DNA of 61,886 nt, filler included, from Sphacelaria rigidula (taxonomy: Eukaryota), in NCBI GenBank assembly GCA_964200075.2. It is 10 parts of 10 records of this genome, joined end to end, with 100 filler letters (N's around TTAATTAATTAA, not from the genome) between each part and the next. Parts side by side here need not be neighbours in the genome. Positions count along the whole stretch, not along the records: positions 1 to 6,099 come from CAXNAA020022228.1; positions 6,200 to 12,298 come from CAXNAA020022229.1; positions 12,399 to 18,497 come from CAXNAA020022230.1; 7 more parts are not named here. One strand, 5' to 3'. Under the pieces are notes generated by a model, which was not told the origin of the DNA, did not search any database, and worked only from the letters and a program-made list of their open reading frames with translations. Shown here in pieces: positions 1 through 12,742 of the stretch. The translations under genes were made by a program, and so were the position numbers. Each line of letters begins with the position of its first letter. Position 1 is the first letter of the stretch.

Positions 1-191
1 CTACAATGAGTTGCTTTATTATCTGGTATCGCCACTTTCAGAGACTGTGAATTTTTCGTAGTTCCGATTTTATTTCCTGATTTCCCTTTTTTACCCCAAC
101 ATGGGGTGGTAGCCTGTGACCACGGAAGACGTCCGAGTCAGATGCCCAGTACAGCACTGCGCAGATACCGGAACGATTTTTTAATGTGAAG

Positions 192-192
<1 letters not shown>

Positions 193-248
<56 letters not shown>
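193..248. repeat. (ACA)n microsatellite
   Basis: Pure trinucleotide run; explains the poly-T and poly-C ORFs in the track. Confidence 0.95.
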
Positions 249-1582
249 GAGACAGCAACGGCTTCTACACGGCCTCATGGGCGTATGCCTTCGGGGGGGG
301 GTGCACCAGTTGCACATCTCCGGAGCAGGGTACCACATATATGGTCCCAACATTGGTCCACCGATCATAGCTCACCTCCGCTGTTCCTGCCGTCACGTAA
401 AATGTTTAGGTAGTATGCATCATGTCCTTCACAGAAAGCGATAGTGCGGGTGTTGCTATGGCGGGCGAACACAAATAGTAAGGGAAGAAAAAACAGCACG
501 GCCACTTGAATTCATACCGTTTATTAAGACATTGCTTCCTGCATTCGGCATGTATGGAGAACAAAACAAGCAACCCGGCGCATCGTTGCTACGAGCAAAA
601 CATGAAAACATTCATATTATTGCTCCATCTTGCGTGCCGTTTACCACCCACCACGATTCAACACCACGTACCCACTCCGATATCCCACTACAATCAAAAA
701 CATCCCCAAGCACCTGAGGCACACAAAATGGAAGGCTAAGGCAAGAACTAGCACCGGTTCACACGGGTAAACTTGCGGGTAGGGCACAAAGCCCCCCAAT
801 ATATTTGTCATGAGCCAAGTCTGGGGAAAAATCACTTCGTAAAACTCCTATCTTGTGTATCAGTTACACATCTCAAGACATGGCACTCCCTCCGTCCCTC
901 CCCCCCTCCAACCCCTTTACATTGTCCATTCGAGGACTGTCGTTTCCTTCATCGGTACAGTATGCGATTTAAGATAATAACGAGATACACAAACACGAGA
1001 AGACAAGAGAAGCGGCTGAGCAAACAGCACCCACTCATAAAGGCGCACAGCCATATAATCAGTTTTGCACATCCAACAAGGTGAAGAGAAGTAGTATGAT
1101 CAACCCAAAACAGAGGACCAGAGAAGCACCAGAACAAACTTGTACCGGCGCCTCCCGAAAACCTGTGCATCATATACCTCTTGCGCGCGTTCTGTTGCAG
1201 AACAGATGTATACAAACGCCACATCGGCTCCCACGGTGCGGAACTACGAAGACAAAAAATTGAAAACACTCCGCGGAACATCCGTCACGAAAAAAACACA
1301 GCATACCTACACCTCTCTCTCTCTCTCCCTCTGTTCCCAAAGGCAATCCCCATTTCCACCACCAACTAAACACATGAAAAAACTCTATGTCATCACCACA
1401 TCGTTGTCGGGAAAATGCTCTATTTTTCGAGAACCAACAAACCCCGCCTATAAATGGATCAGGTTCAATACGCAGGTACCGCTCCCGGTACCGTTCGTCT
1501 GCTACGGTAGAGCTGCCCATTGTATCTACTGTACAACACTGTTTTCAACGAGTTCTGCTGTCAAGATAGCACGAATCCCTCT

Positions 1583-2764
1583 TTATGCATCATCATTTTT
1601 TTCGTGCCCGTCTTGATCTCCCCCGAAGCACTCGCCAGACCCGCTGTCATTCTTGTCGCTACTCGACAACGAATCAGATGAGGCACGGCTACCACGCTGG
1701 CTCAACATTGCCTCATCATCGTCGGCGTCATTCCCGCAATCGAAGGAACTCGAACGCTCGTCGCCCCCGCCATACTCGCCCTCGGACGCCGATCTGTCGT
1801 TACTGCCCTCGGTCGACCCGCTCGTCTCCTTCCCCGACCCTGAACTTCCTTCAGCATCGCCGTCCTCCCCACTTTCCGAAGTCAACAACCCTTCCTCTTC
1901 GTAGTTAGCCGACTCCGCCAGGTCATTACTACTCTGGTAGCCACCATCGCCAATATCATCACCAATATCCATCCCAGCACTACCGCCGATGCTCCGAACA
2001 GGCGGAGCGCTAATACTTCTACTATGGCTACTACTTTTACCACTACTGCTGCGGTTGCCGCCGACAGCACACGCATTCTCGCCGGCACCCTCTTCCCTTG
2101 CCCCGCCGCCGCAAACAGGCATCGGAGACGGAACAGTAGCGGACGATGATTTTTCGCGCGGCCTTTTGCGCATGGGTTGCCGCGACCGTGAGCCGTCTTG
2201 GTCGCAATCACCGGCGCCGACGCTCTTTGAAAGGCTAACCCTCGACGGGGGTCGGGGCAGGGCGGCAACGGCCCAGCTCGAACTGTCGGTCTTTGCCCGC
2301 TGCGGGGTTCCGCTCGACAGACCGGTACTGCAGGTGCTTTCGCTTCGTGGCCGTTTTGCGCCGGGGGGGGTGCTTATGGAAGATGACGCGGTCGTAGTCG
2401 TGGCGGTTTTGACCGTTAAGTTGTTCACGGCACACCGGGCTTCCATTTCCAACCGCGTCGCGTGCTTGTGGCGCATGCGCGGGAGAGAGTGCGGGTTCGC
2501 TGGGATCGGTCGCAGTTTTTCTTTGCTGTTGTTGTTGTTGCTGCTGCCGCTGGGGTTGGGTTCGTACTGTTGTTGTTGTTGCTCTTCGTTGGACTTTTGT
2601 TGCTTTGCTTGCTTATTTTCCTGTTGCTGCTGCTTTTGGTCGAGTTTGTGTTGTTTGGTAACGGACGTTATGAACCCCATCAGCAACACGCCCGCGCCGT
2701 CGACGTCGACTCTGGCACACGACGCAGACCCAGAACCGGTGCAAGATTTTTCTTTCTCCAATTC
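1583..2764 (-). CDS. Terminal exon of the same low-complexity protein (S/G/D/E-rich tail, basic NLS-like patches)
   Basis: Acceptor acgcag|GAA at 2764 is phase 0 and joins in frame to the 3358 donor. Open to TAA at 1583. Contains KRPR motifs. Confidence 0.75.
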   Translation of the reverse strand, partial: ELEKEKSCTGSGSASCARVDVDGAGVLLMGFITSVTKQHKLDQKQQQQENKQAKQQKSNEEQQQQQYEPNPSGSSNNNNSKEKLRPIPANPHSLPRMRHKHATRLEMEARCAVNNLTVKTATTTTASSSISTPPGAKRPRSESTCSTGLSSGTPQRAKTDSSSWAVAALPRPPSRVSLSKSVGAGDCDQDGSRSRQPMRKRPREKSSSATVPSPMPVCGGGAREEGAGENACAVGGNRSSSGKSSSHSRSISAPPVRSIGGSAGMDIGDDIGDGGYQSSNDLAESANYEEEGLLTSESGEDGDAEGSSGSGKETSGSTEGSNDRSASEGEYGGGDERSSSFDCGNDADDDEAMLSQRGSRASSDSLSSSDKNDSGSGECFGGDQDGHEKNDDA

Positions 2765-3357
2765 CTGCGTATCGGAAATACAGACCACAGCCCAAAAAAT
2801 GCACACAAGAACACGCATGAAATGAGGACAAAACACGGAGGGAGAACAAAATACGTCAGACGAAATGGTGAAGCCAAGTGAGGTTTACTCCCGTCCGTTT
2901 ACAGCGTGTCTGTTGCTGAGTTGTTTTGTGCAGCGAGGCAGTCGTGGTAGAGCAACAGCAGCCAGGAAATTGTTTTTTTTTCTTTCACCATTGCTATTAA
3001 CACTACCATACTTCACATTCGACAAACTAGACATTACTTCTGAGCGGCCGTTGCACTTGACTCGCACACGCGTTATGCGTACGTACAACGCCCACGATAC
3101 GGCACAACACTCGGCACAACACTGCGGGCAACGAAAAGAATGTACGCACACAGCGCACGCGGCGTGCGCAAAGACCACACTGATCAAAGCACAGAGGAAC
3201 CCATTTTCCCTCAAAGACGCAGGCGAAACGTTACTACCACCTCTCAAAACAACCGCAACGGCTGCACCGCTACGATTATCGGAAGACAAACCCTACCTCC
3301 GCAAAGACAGAAAATACTCGGAACGAGAATGAGCAAGACGGAAAAGTTGGTGCTTAC

Positions 3358-5337
3358 CTCGCTGCCGCTCTCGCTGCCAGAAGAAGACCCTGACTGCGTC
3401 TCCGTCCGAGCTGCCCCTCCCTTGCCAGCAACGCTGCCCTTAGAACCCTGCTCGTCGGACCCCGAACCGGTTCTGGAACCCGAAGAACCGGAGCACCTGC
3501 TCGCGCCATCGTGACTCGAGCTGTCGATAGTAGTCTCCCCCTGACTGCTGGAGCTGCGAGTTGTACTGCTGCGAGGCCCAGATGACACTGTGCCACCAAT
3601 TACATCATCCATGGACTTCCGGCGAGCCATCTTTCCGGTGCGACTGCGTTTGTGATACATCTGTTGGATCTCGCGGGGGGAAGCCATCGTAAGGGACACG
3701 GTATCGAGCTCTGCCGACACGAGCGCCGCTGCGTCCGCAGATGACGCACCACCAAGTCGAGCCTCCAGCTTTTCGCGCTGCTGGCGCCGCGAGTCGAGGC
3801 AGGAACCGGCGGCCGAACCCCGCGCCGGTGCGTGGTTGCGATTGATGGACTTGCTCGACGCGCTGCTGTTGCTGTCGTTGACGTCTCGGCCGCCGGATCC
3901 GCCGCCGATCTCCGACGAGGACGTCGGGGACGCCGAAGATGTTCGAACGACCGGGGAGCACGCCGTCTTGTTGTTCGTCAAGGAGATCTCGCAGCGGGCT
4001 GGGGATGAATGGCCGCAGACGGCCGTCGTGGTGGTTGTGGCGGCCGAAATGGCCGAAACGGTGGCGATATCGCTGCGTGATGTCAGCGGTGCGGTCGACG
4101 CAACCACGACATCGGCGGGCAGCGCCGACGGCGAGGGCAAATGTGGCAGAGAACCGCCGCCGGTGTGCCGGTGCCAGGGGCTGCCGCCGCCGCCACCGTC
4201 GCCGTCTGAGGGCGCAGCTGCGGATGAGCCCATTACGCCCGGCGGCATCACCCCAGCTGGAAGTCCGTGCTGTTGTTGCATGTGCTGGTAATGTCGTTGT
4301 TGGTGTTGAAACAGCCACGGTTGGGAGCCGAGAGCAGTCGGCTGCGCGACGCTTGAACCCGACGGTGGCTGTGGGGCCAGCCGCTGTTGATGTTGCTGCA
4401 AAAAAGCAGCCGCAGAAGCCGGGGGGGCACCGTGGGCCGCCGAGAACGCGTGCCCTCCGGCGACGTTGCCGAAGTCCATGAAACCTCCATGGTGTTGCTG
4501 CTGCTGCTGCTGCGTGTCATCCCCCATACGCGGGTACGGAGGCCATGTATACGGGTTGTGCATTTGCCCGGACGGTGTTTGTAGATAGGCTTGCGGCGGA
4601 AGCCGAGCAGGGCTTGGCCGAGAGATCGACGGCCGAGTGCTGGCGCCGTGCTGCTGCTGGGGGGACGACTGCTGGGGTGACGGTGGCTGCAAGCCCGACG
4701 CATCCTTTTGCTGCGTTTGCTGCGACATCCCGGCCGGACTATTTTTGCTGCTCGCCGCCATCATCACGGATGGGTTCGGGATCAATCCGAACGGCGAAGC
4801 GCCGACCACGGAGTTGACCTGCTGCTGCTGTTGTTGCTGCTGACTAGCCCCGGCCGCGACGCTCCCACCAGCTCCAATAGATTTCGTCGGACCTGATGAT
4901 TGCTGTTGCTGCTGCATCTGGTGTGACCGCAATGCAGCGGCGGTGAGCTGATGCGGGTTTCCGTGTTGGCTCGACTGGGACTGCGCCAGGGCGGCAGCGG
5001 CGGCGGCTGCGGCGGCGGCTGCGGCCGCTGCCGAACCGTGCATCCCGAACGCCCCCACTGAAGGCATGAGGCCATTCGGTGGTGGCTGGAACATCCCGGG
5101 ATTTGGCTGAAATTGGTATCCTGGCACTGGGTATGCTTGAGGAGGCAGCCATCGCGCGGCGGAAGCTGCCGCCGCCGCCGCGTTCGGATTCAAGCCGGCC
5201 ACACTCGGCGTCTGCGAAGCAGCTGTGAAGGGATGCACGGGTCCAGTCCCCGGCTGTGGGCAAGCACTGCCTTGGAGTCCCATTGCATCCATCGCCGACG
5301 TGGGAGCGAGGTGTCTGCCGGCTAGAAGGCGTGCCTG
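3358..5337 (-). CDS. Large internal exon of a low-complexity Q/A/P/S/G-rich, probably disordered protein of unknown function
   Basis: About 660 open codons bounded by a tandem acceptor (catacag|cag|gcac) and a phase-0 donor GAG|gtaagc at 3357. A possible 37-bp upstream exon (LGLGRAYKYRLK) lies at 5442-5478. Confidence 0.75.
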
Positions 5338-5777
5338 CTGTATGAATTTGAGAGACAGAACCGCGGACATTTTGTGGGGACAAACGTATGTAGGGCGAGA
5401 GGGATGACAATCGGGCTGTTATGAACATACGCCAAGGACACCTTCAATCGGTACTTATACGCCCTTCCAAGGCCCAGACTAAACGAGCCAGAAAATGAGA
5501 TTGCATCGTAGTAGTGACAAGCGATTCGGACGGTTCGCAACGTCATAAATCACGAGAAATTACGCGCCACTTCTCATGAAATAAAAAAATGATCATGCGA
5601 AAGTGACAACGCGCCAACAGCGGCCCATGCTGATGGGAATGCCAGCTGCGCACCCAACGATGAGCCAAATAGCCCAAGCGTAGCAACCATTTGACGTTCC
5701 GTTGCGCATTCACATCGGATTGTTCCTCCGTTTTCACTTTTTTTTCAGTTCAACAGTACAGTAACCGATTTTCGTGA

Positions 5778-5962
5778 GGCCGAGTCTTGCCATTGTTTTT
5801 CGATCGAAAAAGTGCGGTAAAACACAAGAATTCTGATCTGATAGGTCGTTATTTCAACGATCATCCAAGGATCATCATAAAAAATCACGATATTTTAAAT
5901 CACGACCTATCAGATCGGAATTTTCCTTTTGTATCGCAGATTTCCGATCGAAGAATAATGTA
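5778..5962. mobile_element. Foldback MITE (family G), homologous to 52009-52199
   Basis: ttttcgatcgaaaaagtgcgg...tctgataggtcg arm followed by its inverted copy; same arms in contig 9. Confidence 0.6.
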
Positions 5963-6099
5963 CGAAGACAAGCCCGTAGCAAACCATTCTTCGATCGGAA
6001 AAGTGCGGTAGAAAACAAAGATTCCATGGTTAGGACAAATCATCACGACTCAAAATCACCAAATTCACAATTTCTTCGGCCTGATTGCCGAAAAGGGAG

Positions 6100-6199
6100 N
6101 NNNNNNNNNNNNNNNNNNNNNNNNNNNNNNNNNNNNNNNNNNNTTAATTAATTAANNNNNNNNNNNNNNNNNNNNNNNNNNNNNNNNNNNNNNNNNNNN
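6100..6199. other. Artificial contig linker (N44-TTAATTAATTAA-N44). Identical linkers at 12299-12398, 18498-18597, 24697-24796, 30896-30995, 37095-37194, 43293-43392, 49491-49590, 55689-55788
   Basis: Identical 100-bp spacers carrying stops in all six frames. The pieces between them are 6099 bp (six) then 6098 bp (four), i.e. size-sorted unplaced contigs. Confidence 0.98.
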
Positions 6200-6510
6200 T
6201 CTTTCGTCGAGTCACGCTGCGAAAGGCAGGGAAGTGTTTGAACCCACGAAAACATTGGTCCATAGATACCGCAGACGACCCAAAACGCTCGCGGTGCACT
6301 AGTTCTGTGGCAAAAGCGGAGCAAAGCAGTATGAGCGAGTGTTATTTATCTAGGACAGCGCGTTGGAACAACCACTGCTGCTACCGACGGCAATTTCAAG
6401 TACAATACCATACAAAAAAAGGCCCGAAATCCCCCCTACCACCCCCTCCCCCCTCCCCGCTGTCCTACCGTAGCATGACCCTCTCCACTATCGATTCCAC
6501 GCAAGCGCAG

Positions 6511-9500
6511 ATTCGCGCGACCCATGGCGTTACTTATTTCTCCGATGCACCGCGACGTTCGGCAGGAACTGTACGACACTTACGTGGCAGAGGCGACTCG
6601 TGTCGGAGCGGCAGCCGCCAGCAAGGCCTATTTTTACCTCATGGCTGCGGAAACACCGCCCACACTACAAGATGCGCTCCGGATGCTCGTTTATCAAGTG
6701 TCACAGCTGCACGCTTTTTCTCGACACCCTGAATGGGACAGCAGGTGTGAGGGTAACGGCAAACCCCGACACGATGAAGAAGGCCGCAGCGGGGCAAGCT
6801 GAGCATATGAAGGTGAGAACATCATGAGCTTATTCTGTATGCAGCGTCCCCACGACGAAAAATCGCCGCGAATGGGCTACGACAGCCCAACCCCCGGAAG
6901 TCATGAGGAGACTTTGGCCCCGTACTCTTGTTGAGTAACTTGGTGTTGGTTCAACCGCGAGAAAAACGCGCATCCATGCACTCAACGACAACTAAATTGT
7001 GCACGTTTCTGCGCCGGGCTACGCCTCTGGTACGCCGAGTCAGATTTTTCACTTCCTAGTTGCAAACAATCTGTCACCATCACCTCCTGTTCATGTATTT
7101 TCAGGATGCATCTTCGCCACCCTCGGCTTGTTCAGGACTCAAGACCTTTTGTCATCGTACAGTTGCGCTAGTAGGGCGTGGATTTGGACGCCTCGGCCGT
7201 TGTGTCACTCCCCTCGCCCAGTACCATTTCATCCTCCTCTGAAGGCACGCTATCCCGCGAGTATAGTGCCTCATATGAGCCGCGGGCGGCAGACAGGTCT
7301 TCACGGGCCTAAGCACGCGTATTTGTTGAGGTGTCGCGATCGGGAAGTGAGTTCAACCAATCCCGCAGAGCCTAGTGCACCACCAGGCGCCCCTGAAAAA
7401 GCCGCACATTGACATCACGCCGCTCCTTCAGGTGTTGACGGCAGACCGACAGCGGTTGGCCACCATCAGCTCCGGTGCCATTAGAGCAAAGGCAAACATG
7501 GAACCACTCAAGTACATGTCCATGCAAGCAGACGCAGCAACCCAAACGGCATTCGCGTTACCGATGTGCTCGCCGTTGACACACGGCACAGACAGGTGAG
7601 ACAGCGGTTATCGCGACAGCACGGGTAACGAAGCATCATTCCTTCCCTTCCCATTTGTATTCCAGTCTGATGCGATGATGTTTCCCTGCGTATCTCCAGG
7701 TCGTACACGTGTGTTCTACACCGTTCTGTCATTGTCTGCGCCCCCCTCGCTTCAAATTTTCCCTCGTTTTTCTTCGGCCCCTAGAATTGGACGATTCCTT
7801 ATACCTTCATTCTCTGCCCCTCATCTCGAAAAACACAAGGGCACCACACAGTATTTCGCGTTTTCCACACCCGCATATACTTTTCGGCGGTGTGGTTGAC
7901 ATATACATGTAGTGTTTCGGGCTTGCACCTACACCGCGGGCCGCAACACGATTCATCCACAGGAACGTACATACATATCTTGAGTGTCAGCCACCCCATA
8001 CCGTTGGGTGCGTTTCTCCTTCGCTCAGTAAGGAAACGGTTCCTCCCCATAATGTGATAGGTGATGCCGCGATAGGGGTGCACAAACATGGTATCAGATG
8101 AGATTTTTTTCGGAGCCCTTTATGTCGTCCTCAACACGAGTTTTGAAATATATATATATATATAATGTCCCAAATGAATTTGCAAACGGGGGTCCAGAGT
8201 CATATTCTTGAGCATCTAGGATCTTCAGGAGCCCCTGAACCAGACCCGGATTAGGCCCCGAAAGTGCTACCCCTATCGGAACACCACTCTGATCATGCAG
8301 TCCAAACTGTAAGAACCAGGTGGTGACAGCTCGTCCTAATGGGATGACCGAGGACATTACTAGTTATAGCAAATACGCGCCCTTCACCGTCGATGCCTCG
8401 AAAACAAAATCACATGGACGCCCTCATATCTGCCGCTACTCATGGTGGTACCTCCCCCCCCTTCATTAGCACCGCACACCCCCGCCTCTGATACGGCTGT
8501 GATCGTCCTTGGCTGCCACGTTGACAGCGACACACGGAGTGGTTGGAGCTGGAACCTGACGGTACATGTGTGTAAACGTATTCTCAAGTGTGCGTGTGTG
8601 CGCAGACTACAAAGACGATTGTATGTACGCTTCTACGGCGCGGCCGATAGGCCTCGAGTCAACATGTCTATGCATTTGCTTTATCTATCCCTTTGTTTAT
8701 GTCTTTGCCGTGCTCAACGTGCGCCCTCTCATTCTTTTCTGCGCCCTCCTCCCTCTCCTGCCAGGATTCGGCCTATCCTGCCCGGAATATGCTGCATTTT
8801 GGTGCAAACATCCTGTATGAAGTATGACGAATGTTCCAATGTGTTTTCTCACGACCGTTTTGCTGCAAAGATGGTATTCGGAGAATTGTCTCTTCCGAGA
8901 CCGCAGGAGGTGTCAAGGCATATATAGAGTTACTTATCGCCCTTCGAGGGTTTCTGTCATGAGCCGGGACGCCATAACAAGTACGTGAGTAACTGATTCC
9001 CTGAACATCCATTCATGTTGCTTCAGTGGTGCATATGACTTCTGCTCGTCGTTGTTGGCGATCACCACGTCTGGCAGGGGATACGCGGAGCGCCAAAACG
9101 TTATGGCAGTACTTGTGGAAGGGCAGCTCGTGGAGTTCTTCCTGTCTCCCCTCACAATCGGAGGAGGTGAGTCCCTGCTCTCCCAGGCGATGTGCACGCA
9201 CTCACGGCATTCGTGAGCCAGACACCGCCCGCGATGAGTTGCGCACCGCGGGGGACCCAAGACACTCGGCTATCTTACTTTCTTATCCGAGCAATCTGCT
9301 CGGGAGACCTTTTCGTATCCCGACCGAGAGTAAGAGATGAGTTGTTACGGCATTCCTCGTAGCCAACAACCTCCGAGAATACTGACATTCGCGCCCTGAC
9401 GCCGTCGTCGCTCGCCGCTGTGCAGGGAGCAATCTTATTTGCACTTCAATCCACCTCGCGCTTACCCGATTATTCGACTTGCACTGCACCGGCGACACAC

Positions 9501-11774
9501 GAGCTTACATCGATGAGCTGTACCTGCAACTCGACAACTGTGTTGGAGAAAATAAGAACCACATCGTGCTGGGATACCTCGGATGCCTTGTGGCCCGTGG
9601 GACAATCGGCCGCGTGGAGATTAATTTCATGATGGTGGGACATACCCACATCATGATAGACCAGGTCTTTTCAAGTTGCGTCGGGATTATCCTTGCAGAC
9701 AACAGTGGCGAGTGGAGGAAATCATGTAGCTTTGTGTCACGGGAAAAAATGGTCGTTTCTTATACGAACCGTAGTGAATCCAACCAAGACGTTGGTTTTA
9801 TCCAGTACACGAACGGACCCACCCATCACAAGACCCGGTGATGGTTACATCATCTACCCGCGACCCCGCTGTTCCTCCCCGTGACCACGTCAAACTAAAT
9901 TGTAATTAATCCGCGAATACGACGGGGGGCAAGGAGACACCATCCCCACCGCACTGGAAGGGATGAACGAAATCGTTCGCCTTCTACCGTGATACTGCAG
10001 GCGTGAAACCGCACCCATCACTCAATACTCCCGCCATATTTTGGTATATTGTTTTCGTTCATGTTGTCGTATTTTTTTCAGACGAGATCTCTCACTGCAC
10101 GAGTACCTCTGCTGTTGTTGACACGGGTCGCACAAGTCATGCGTTGCCTCCACAGACGCGGTGGGCAAAACCTAAGAGCAGATGAAATACCGCCATCGGC
10201 AGCGATATTCCACGCCGACACGGTGTCCAGATATATGCGATTTCGAAGAGCCTTAGGTGGACTGGACGTGAATCCACGATGATCCACAGCACACGTACTT
10301 ACGCTCCTAAATGCCATAATAACATGGGTCGAACAAACCGGCCTGATTTCGTACTGGTATATTCAGGGATATGTTTTATGCGTACAGCGAGGTGACGATG
10401 AGAAGAAATTTATATGTATATAGCAAGAACCGACGACAAAAGCATTGGAACTTTTGACCAGGATTTCCATTCACTGCAAGGGAGTTTGCCTGTTCACGAG
10501 AAGGCAGCAGGCGGAAGCTTTTCGCTAGGCATAAAAGGCACTAAAGGTGTTCACCACCACTCTTCGCTCCCTCGGCAACTTCAAAGGAGCTGTCGGTGGA
10601 GGTGGCCGTGTGCTGCCCATTCGTGGCGTGACTCAGCCCCGTTTATTCGAAATCCGCCCAGCGGGGATGGAGCAGGTGACCGTCGGCATGAAGAAGCACA
10701 TGCATGCTACAGTCTTCACGGGAAAGACGGCCGCCGGGATCTACGAGGGAGCCCCTCGCCCGCTCTTCCGCATGGGTGTTCCAGATCTGGAGTGCGCACC
10801 TCCATTCGACCTGAAGGAGGTGGATGGCGCACAGCCAGATAACATACTGGCTCGCTACAACGCCGTCTACAGTCGGCTAGCTGCCCTCTACCCCCTCGGT
10901 GCGCTGCACCCCCAAGCACCCCAAGTCGTGACACTGTATCCTGATCGCTGTGTACTCTATTTATTTTGTTTTCGCTGCGGACGGCGGATCCAAGTTTCTA
11001 ACCCTTATTTCTCATATCATTTTCCCCACCGCAGGAGCGCACCCGAGCCCTGAATACCTCAGATGCACCGCCTCCACCCTCCCGTGCGACGCGCAGATTT
11101 CGACAAACAACATTCCATCAAGGACGACATGGCGACGTCCCACCGACTTCTGGCCGAGAAAGGCTCAGTACCGTGGAACCTTCCGTGACATTGGTTCAAG
11201 CGTAATGGCGTGCAGTCATCTGGAGGGTCACGGGAAGAGAGAGCGGGGGCAGATGGGGATGTTGATGTAGTCGAGGGGTCTGTGGGTTGCGGAAGCCGCC
11301 TGTCGGTGAGGATCCGGGAAAAGGTGGTGTCGATAACTTAGTGCTAGGTAGCGGGGGCGACGGGGATGGCCATCCAGCAGGGTATGTTCCCTCGTTCGAC
11401 AAGGGACATTTTGTTTTCTTTCTCGGTGACAAAGCTCCGTTTTTGGTGGGTAGGGTTACGGACAAGCGCGAGGGGACCGATGGCGAAGCAGAAGTTCAGG
11501 TGCGCTGGTATTCGCCGGCCACCTCCGCCATTCGAAACAACGCTTCTGCCTACAATATCGGCGAATACGGCAAAGGAAAAAACACAGCAGATTACAAGAC
11601 AGGAGGAAACAGTGAAGGGTGTACAATGGGCAGTAAGAGCAAGAGGCGAAAGTTAGTGCCGGACGTAAAGTAGATGCAAGCTAGCTGGTTGTCGCTTCGT
11701 GCGAGAAGCTAAACGTTGGTGACAGAATTCCCAAGCCAGTATTGGATACAATGGAGAAGAGGGCTAGGGGTTGA
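6511..11774 (+). pseudogene. Intron-containing Sola-like / DUF7869-like DDD transposase, decayed
   Basis: Phase-compatible exons: 6511-6812 (ELYDTY..SKAYF/TSW..FIKCHSC..H, frameshift in a T run), 7432-7595 (YMSMQADAATQTAFALP), 9078-9166, 9426-~9675 (GSNLIC..LYLQLDNCVGENKN..FMMVGHTHIMIDQVFS). Further fragments at ~10224-10320, ~10550-10930 and 11290-11774 (PFLVGRV..VQVRWY; LNVGDRIPKPVLD..TGA). Motif recognition is from family knowledge, not a search. Confidence 0.8.
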
Positions 11775-12742
11775 TGCGTAGCATTCCTGTCTTTTCCTCA
11801 TCGCATCAGTCACGGAAGATTGGGGGCTTCGACTATCGTCGTGATGTCGTGATGCAGCACGTGAGGCCTCGGGTTGCCCGGGTGGATCCCTAGGTGATCT
11901 GTTGGAGTGCGACCAGAATAATCAAGGGTCCATGCACCCGCGACGGGGTTGATCTATTTCTTGCCTAGAGTTCCTCCCACACTATCGCCCGTCGTAGGGC
12001 TGTTGTTGTGTCGAGTGGTCACCATTGCAGCGGCATGTATGCTCGAACCTGGTGAAATCCACACGAATATTAGATATCATTACCTTCTCTAGAACGCGTT
12101 GTCACAATATTCCATGATATCCCATTTTTATATCCTGATTTGATATGTGCTCGTCTCCGGGATAGTGAAAAGCTACTTCTCTCCTCATGCCCGTCAGTGA
12201 CGATCAGCTTGACGCCGTATATTTTCTGCTGGACACGGGCTCGAGGCACCACAGTGAGAACATCATGGACAATCAATCGCTCTCCCATGGACAAATTGNN
12301 NNNNNNNNNNNNNNNNNNNNNNNNNNNNNNNNNNNNNNNNNNTTAATTAATTAANNNNNNNNNNNNNNNNNNNNNNNNNNNNNNNNNNNNNNNNNNNNTC
12401 CTGCGGAGTTTTGGGGGGGAAGATACTTTCGCTCTGTGTTACTCTTTCGTATCTTCCCTGCAATAGAGAAATGCGACTTCGGCCCCATTTTAGTGTTGAA
12501 CCCCGAAATTTAAAATCGGCTGTTACGTAGAAAAATAGGCGAAAAAAACCCATATCGCCCACTCTGGTGGCGAAAGGGTTGAAAAGATTATGCCCTTCGG
12601 TCATGAAAGGCTTTTACTTACAAACCTATTCTCCTGACCGTCAGATAGGATTAAACAGCATGAATGGGGAAGTGAGGATCAGCATTTTCCACCGAGGTTC
12701 AGCAGACTTTCGGTCGCGTGATTTTCTGCCCGAACAGTTTCA

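Noticed and set aside
1989..2825. 278-aa plus-strand ORF with signal-peptide-like and Cys-rich stretches
   Set aside because: Antisense shadow of the GC-rich, CAG/CAA-rich minus-strand exon, which has proper splice sites.
6144..6155. Regularly spaced TTAATTAATTAA motif as a biological signal
   Set aside because: Always centred in N runs; it is an assembly linker with six-frame stops.
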